A stretch of 36,705 nucleotides of DNA from Crocinitomicaceae bacterium (lineage in GTDB: Bacteria > Bacteroidota > Bacteroidia > Flavobacteriales_D > Crocinitomicaceae): the NCBI GenBank assembly GCA_003512365.1, contig DORI01000095.1, positions 4,127-40,831 of the forward strand, written 5' to 3'. A program made the translations under genes and the position numbers. Positions 34,530 through 36,705 of this stretch are shown here, one piece after another. How positions within the stretch are numbered: position 1 is the stretch's first letter; each line of letters begins with the position of its first letter. A model generated the notes under the pieces. The model had not been told where the DNA came from and made no database searches. It worked only from the letters and a program-made list of their open reading frames with translations.

Positions 34530-35759
34530 TTAATTCATTTTATTTTTTAATCCTTCGTTAAGAGCATCAAGAAACTCTTCTGTATAAACGTAATGTTCTC
34601 CATGGTTAACCTTGTTGCCATGTATACAAACTGCGAGGTCTTTTGTCATAACACCAGATTCAACGGTTTCAACACATACTTTTTCTAAGGTGTTACAGAA
34701 ATCGATTAATTCCTGGTTGTTATCGAGCTTTCCCCTGAAGGCTAATCCTCTGGTCCAAGCAAAGATTGAAGCAATTGGGTTTGTAGAAGTTTTTTTACCA
34801 GCTTGATGGTCTCTAAAGTGTCTGGTAACCGTTCCGTGCGCCGCTTCAGACTCCATAATTTCTCCATCCGGTGTAATTAACACGGAAGTCATTAACCCTA
34901 GCGACCCAAATCCTTGTGCCACAGTATCAGACTGAACGTCGCCATCGTAATTTTTACACGCCCAAACAAAGTTGCCGTTCCATTTAAGCGCTGATGCCAC
35001 CATGTCATCAATTAACCGGTGTTCGTAAACAATGCCAGCTTCAATGAACTTTGCTTTAAACTCATTTTGGTAAATTTCTTCAAAAATATCTTTAAACCTA
35101 CCGTCGTATTTTTTAAGTATGGTGTTTTTGGTTGACAAATAAAGCGGCCATTTTTTTGATAGCGCCATATTAAAGCAGGACTGTGCAAAACCGCGAATTG
35201 AATCATCGGTATTGTACATGCTCATAGCAACACCATCACCTTTAAAATTGTAAACCTCAAATGTTTGTGTTTCTCCACCGTCCTCAGGAGTAAAAGTCAT
35301 AGTAAGTTTACCTTTCCCTTTAATAACGGCATCTGTTGCGCGGTATTGATCGCCAAACGCGTGTCGACCAACAATTATTGGAGCGGTCCAATTTGTAACC
35401 AAACGCGGCACATTACTCATGACTATTGGTTCTCTGAAAACAGTACCATCTAGGATGTTCCTGATTGTTCCGTTCGGAGACTTCCACATGGATTTTAGAT
35501 TAAATTCTTTTACACGCGCTTCATCAGGCGTTATCGTTGCACACTTGATACCAACCTTATATTTCTTTATTGCTTCTGCGGCATCTACAGTTATTTGGTC
35601 GCTTGTTTCATCTCTTTTTTCGATACCTAAATCGTAATATTTAATATCGAGGTCGAGGTAAGGAAGGATTAGTTTTTCTTTAATATAGCTCCAGATGATA
35701 CGGGTCATTTCATCACCATCCAACTCCACTACAGGATTAATAACTTTTATCTTTGACAT
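34530..35759 (-). CDS. icd: NADP-dependent isocitrate dehydrogenase, subfamily II (eukaryote-like homodimeric type)
   Basis: 409 aa. The N-terminus reads [16 protein letters not shown], followed by [17 protein letters not shown] and [18 protein letters not shown]. Confidence 0.95.
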   Translation of the reverse strand: MSKIKVINPVVELDGDEMTRIIWSYIKEKLILPYLDLDIKYYDLGIEKRDETSDQITVDAAEAIKKYKVGIKCATITPDEARVKEFNLKSMWKSPNGTIRNILDGTVFREPIVMSNVPRLVTNWTAPIIVGRHAFGDQYRATDAVIKGKGKLTMTFTPEDGGETQTFEVYNFKGDGVAMSMYNTDDSIRGFAQSCFNMALSKKWPLYLSTKNTILKKYDGRFKDIFEEIYQNEFKAKFIEAGIVYEHRLIDDMVASALKWNGNFVWACKNYDGDVQSDTVAQGFGSLGLMTSVLITPDGEIMESEAAHGTVTRHFRDHQAGKKTSTNPIASIFAWTRGLAFRGKLDNNQELIDFCNTLEKVCVETVESGVMTKDLAVCIHGNKVNHGEHYVYTEEFLDALNEGLKNKMN

Positions 35760-35774
35760 TTAAAAAATTTTAGA

Positions 35775-35802
35775 CAAAAATAGTGTTTTTTTAGTTTTTC
35801 AA
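35775..35802 (-). promoter_or_regulatory. Candidate icd promoter (TTG-N17-TATTTTTG)
   Basis: On the minus strand, TTG lies at 35802-35800 and TATTTTTG at 35782-35775. The box ends 15 nt upstream of the ATG. Confidence 0.45.
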
Positions 35803-35814
35803 TGCACGATAAAC

Positions 35815-35842
35815 TTGAGCCTTAAAGAATTTCTTAGTTTTG
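35815..35842 (+). promoter_or_regulatory. Candidate promoter (TTG-N17-TAGTTTTG) for the lipoprotein gene
   Basis: TTG at 35815-35817 and TAGTTTTG at 35835-35842, 20 nt upstream of the ATG at 35863. Confidence 0.4.
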
Positions 35843-35862
35843 TTTTTGTCTTTAAACTAAAC

Positions 35863-36417
35863 ATGTCATATTACTTCGTCGCTGGGTTTTTTATTCTTGC
35901 ATTTACTTCATGCGGACCATCGGAAATAGCCAAAGAAATACAACAGGAAGCAAAGAGCGAATTGAAAAATCAACCAGTATTCTTATTTGACTCAATTATT
36001 CATTATTCCATAGTCATCGAAGAGGACACGCTTTGGGGGATAGAACGAATTAAGGACAAAACAAAAGAACAGCGACGATTAATTGAAATTGTCTTGTATG
36101 ATAAACTTGACACGTTGTCGGATACCTCAGTATTAAACTATCTACCGAGTTTAGGATTTACCAAACGCCATTTATCACATGAAAAAACCGAGTCCTTACG
36201 AAGGATTTTTCACACTCAACACATGAACGAAGAGGCAAGGGCTGTATGTGTACCAATTTTTCGTGACATATTGGTTTTTCGCTTAAAATCAAAAAACACG
36301 GCCGTAATGAAATTATGTTTCGATTGCCAACACCACACCTTAGATGGCGAAATAATAGAAACCAAACACATCACCCAAGAATGCTGGGGAGAGCTCAAAA
36401 AGACGCTAAAACAATAA
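35863..36417 (+). CDS. Lipoprotein, function unknown
   Basis: The ATG at 35863 gives MSYYFVAGFFILAFTSC, a lipobox-type signal. The TTG at 35815 in the ORF track is more likely the -33 promoter element. Confidence 0.6.
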   Translation: MSYYFVAGFFILAFTSCGPSEIAKEIQQEAKSELKNQPVFLFDSIIHYSIVIEEDTLWGIERIKDKTKEQRRLIEIVLYDKLDTLSDTSVLNYLPSLGFTKRHLSHEKTESLRRIFHTQHMNEEARAVCVPIFRDILVFRLKSKNTAVMKLCFDCQHHTLDGEIIETKHITQECWGELKKTLKQ

Positions 36418-36418
36418 C

Positions 36419-36705
36419 TTAATCTAAAGCGCCAATCATTTTTGATGGATCAACATACAAGTCGTATTCCTCCCCTGTAACATGACCTAAACCAACAGCC
36501 GCCTCTTTTAACGTTGTGCCGTTTTTGTGAGCGTATTTAGCAATTTCTGCCGCTTTGTAATAACCAATTTTTGTGTTTAAAGCAGTCACCAACATCAAAG
36601 AGTTGTCCAAGTGCTTTTTAACAACAGGTAAATTTGCTTGAATACCAACAGCACAATTGTCGGCAAAAGAAACACAAGCGTCACCTAACAAACGAGCCGA
36701 TTGTA
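36419..36705 (-). CDS. fumC: Class II fumarate hydratase, C-terminal fragment (gene continues beyond the window)
   Basis: [35 protein letters not shown]...DPSKMIG matches the FumC C-terminus. The frame is open to nt 36705. Confidence 0.85.
   Translation of the reverse strand, partial: QSARLLGDACVSFADNCAVGIQANLPVVKKHLDNSLMLVTALNTKIGYYKAAEIAKYAHKNGTTLKEAAVGLGHVTGEEYDLYVDPSKMIGALD

Overview
This 36.7-kb, low-GC chromosomal segment looks like core genome of a Bacteroidota (Flavobacteriia-like) organism. Supporting signs are a T9SS C-terminal sorting domain, TAnnTTTG -7 promoter boxes, the DUF4271-hemD pair, a uppS-bamA-skp-skp-murI envelope cluster, a split atpDC with a 90-aa epsilon subunit, and an rbfA/FtsX-like pair. 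I call 36 protein-coding genes, with the first and last running off the window edges. I also call five intrinsic-terminator-like hairpins and several promoter-box candidates. I see no rRNA, tRNA, CRISPR array, transposase, integrase, prophage or recognisable defence gene. Most of the window is housekeeping: gcdH-like, hemD, sirtuin, pyrC, murI, bamA, uppS, atpDC, rbfA, an MsbA-like ABC exporter, a desaturase, mnmG, ybeY, rpiB, icd and fumC. I do not see an obviously novel multi-gene system. The candidates most worth a second look are listed here in order of interest. (1) Twin perfect 14-bp palindromes can form a 15-bp stem plus U6 placed directly against the mnmG start codon, with one arm inside the ybeY coding end. 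(2) An orphan RsbW/SpoIIAB-type kinase is translationally coupled to ybeY and preceded by a 1112-aa membrane-anchored coiled-coil protein. (3) A 594-bp convergent gap has no credible ORF and may hold an ncRNA. (4) A 575-bp extremely AT-rich divergent spacer carries two DnaA-box-consensus matches about 4 kb from mnmG/gidA. (5) An uncharacterised three-gene envelope operon ends in an OmpA-family protein. (6) A T9SS-sorted protein carries a thioredoxin WCGPC motif. All family names come from motif recognition by eye and need HMM or BLAST confirmation.
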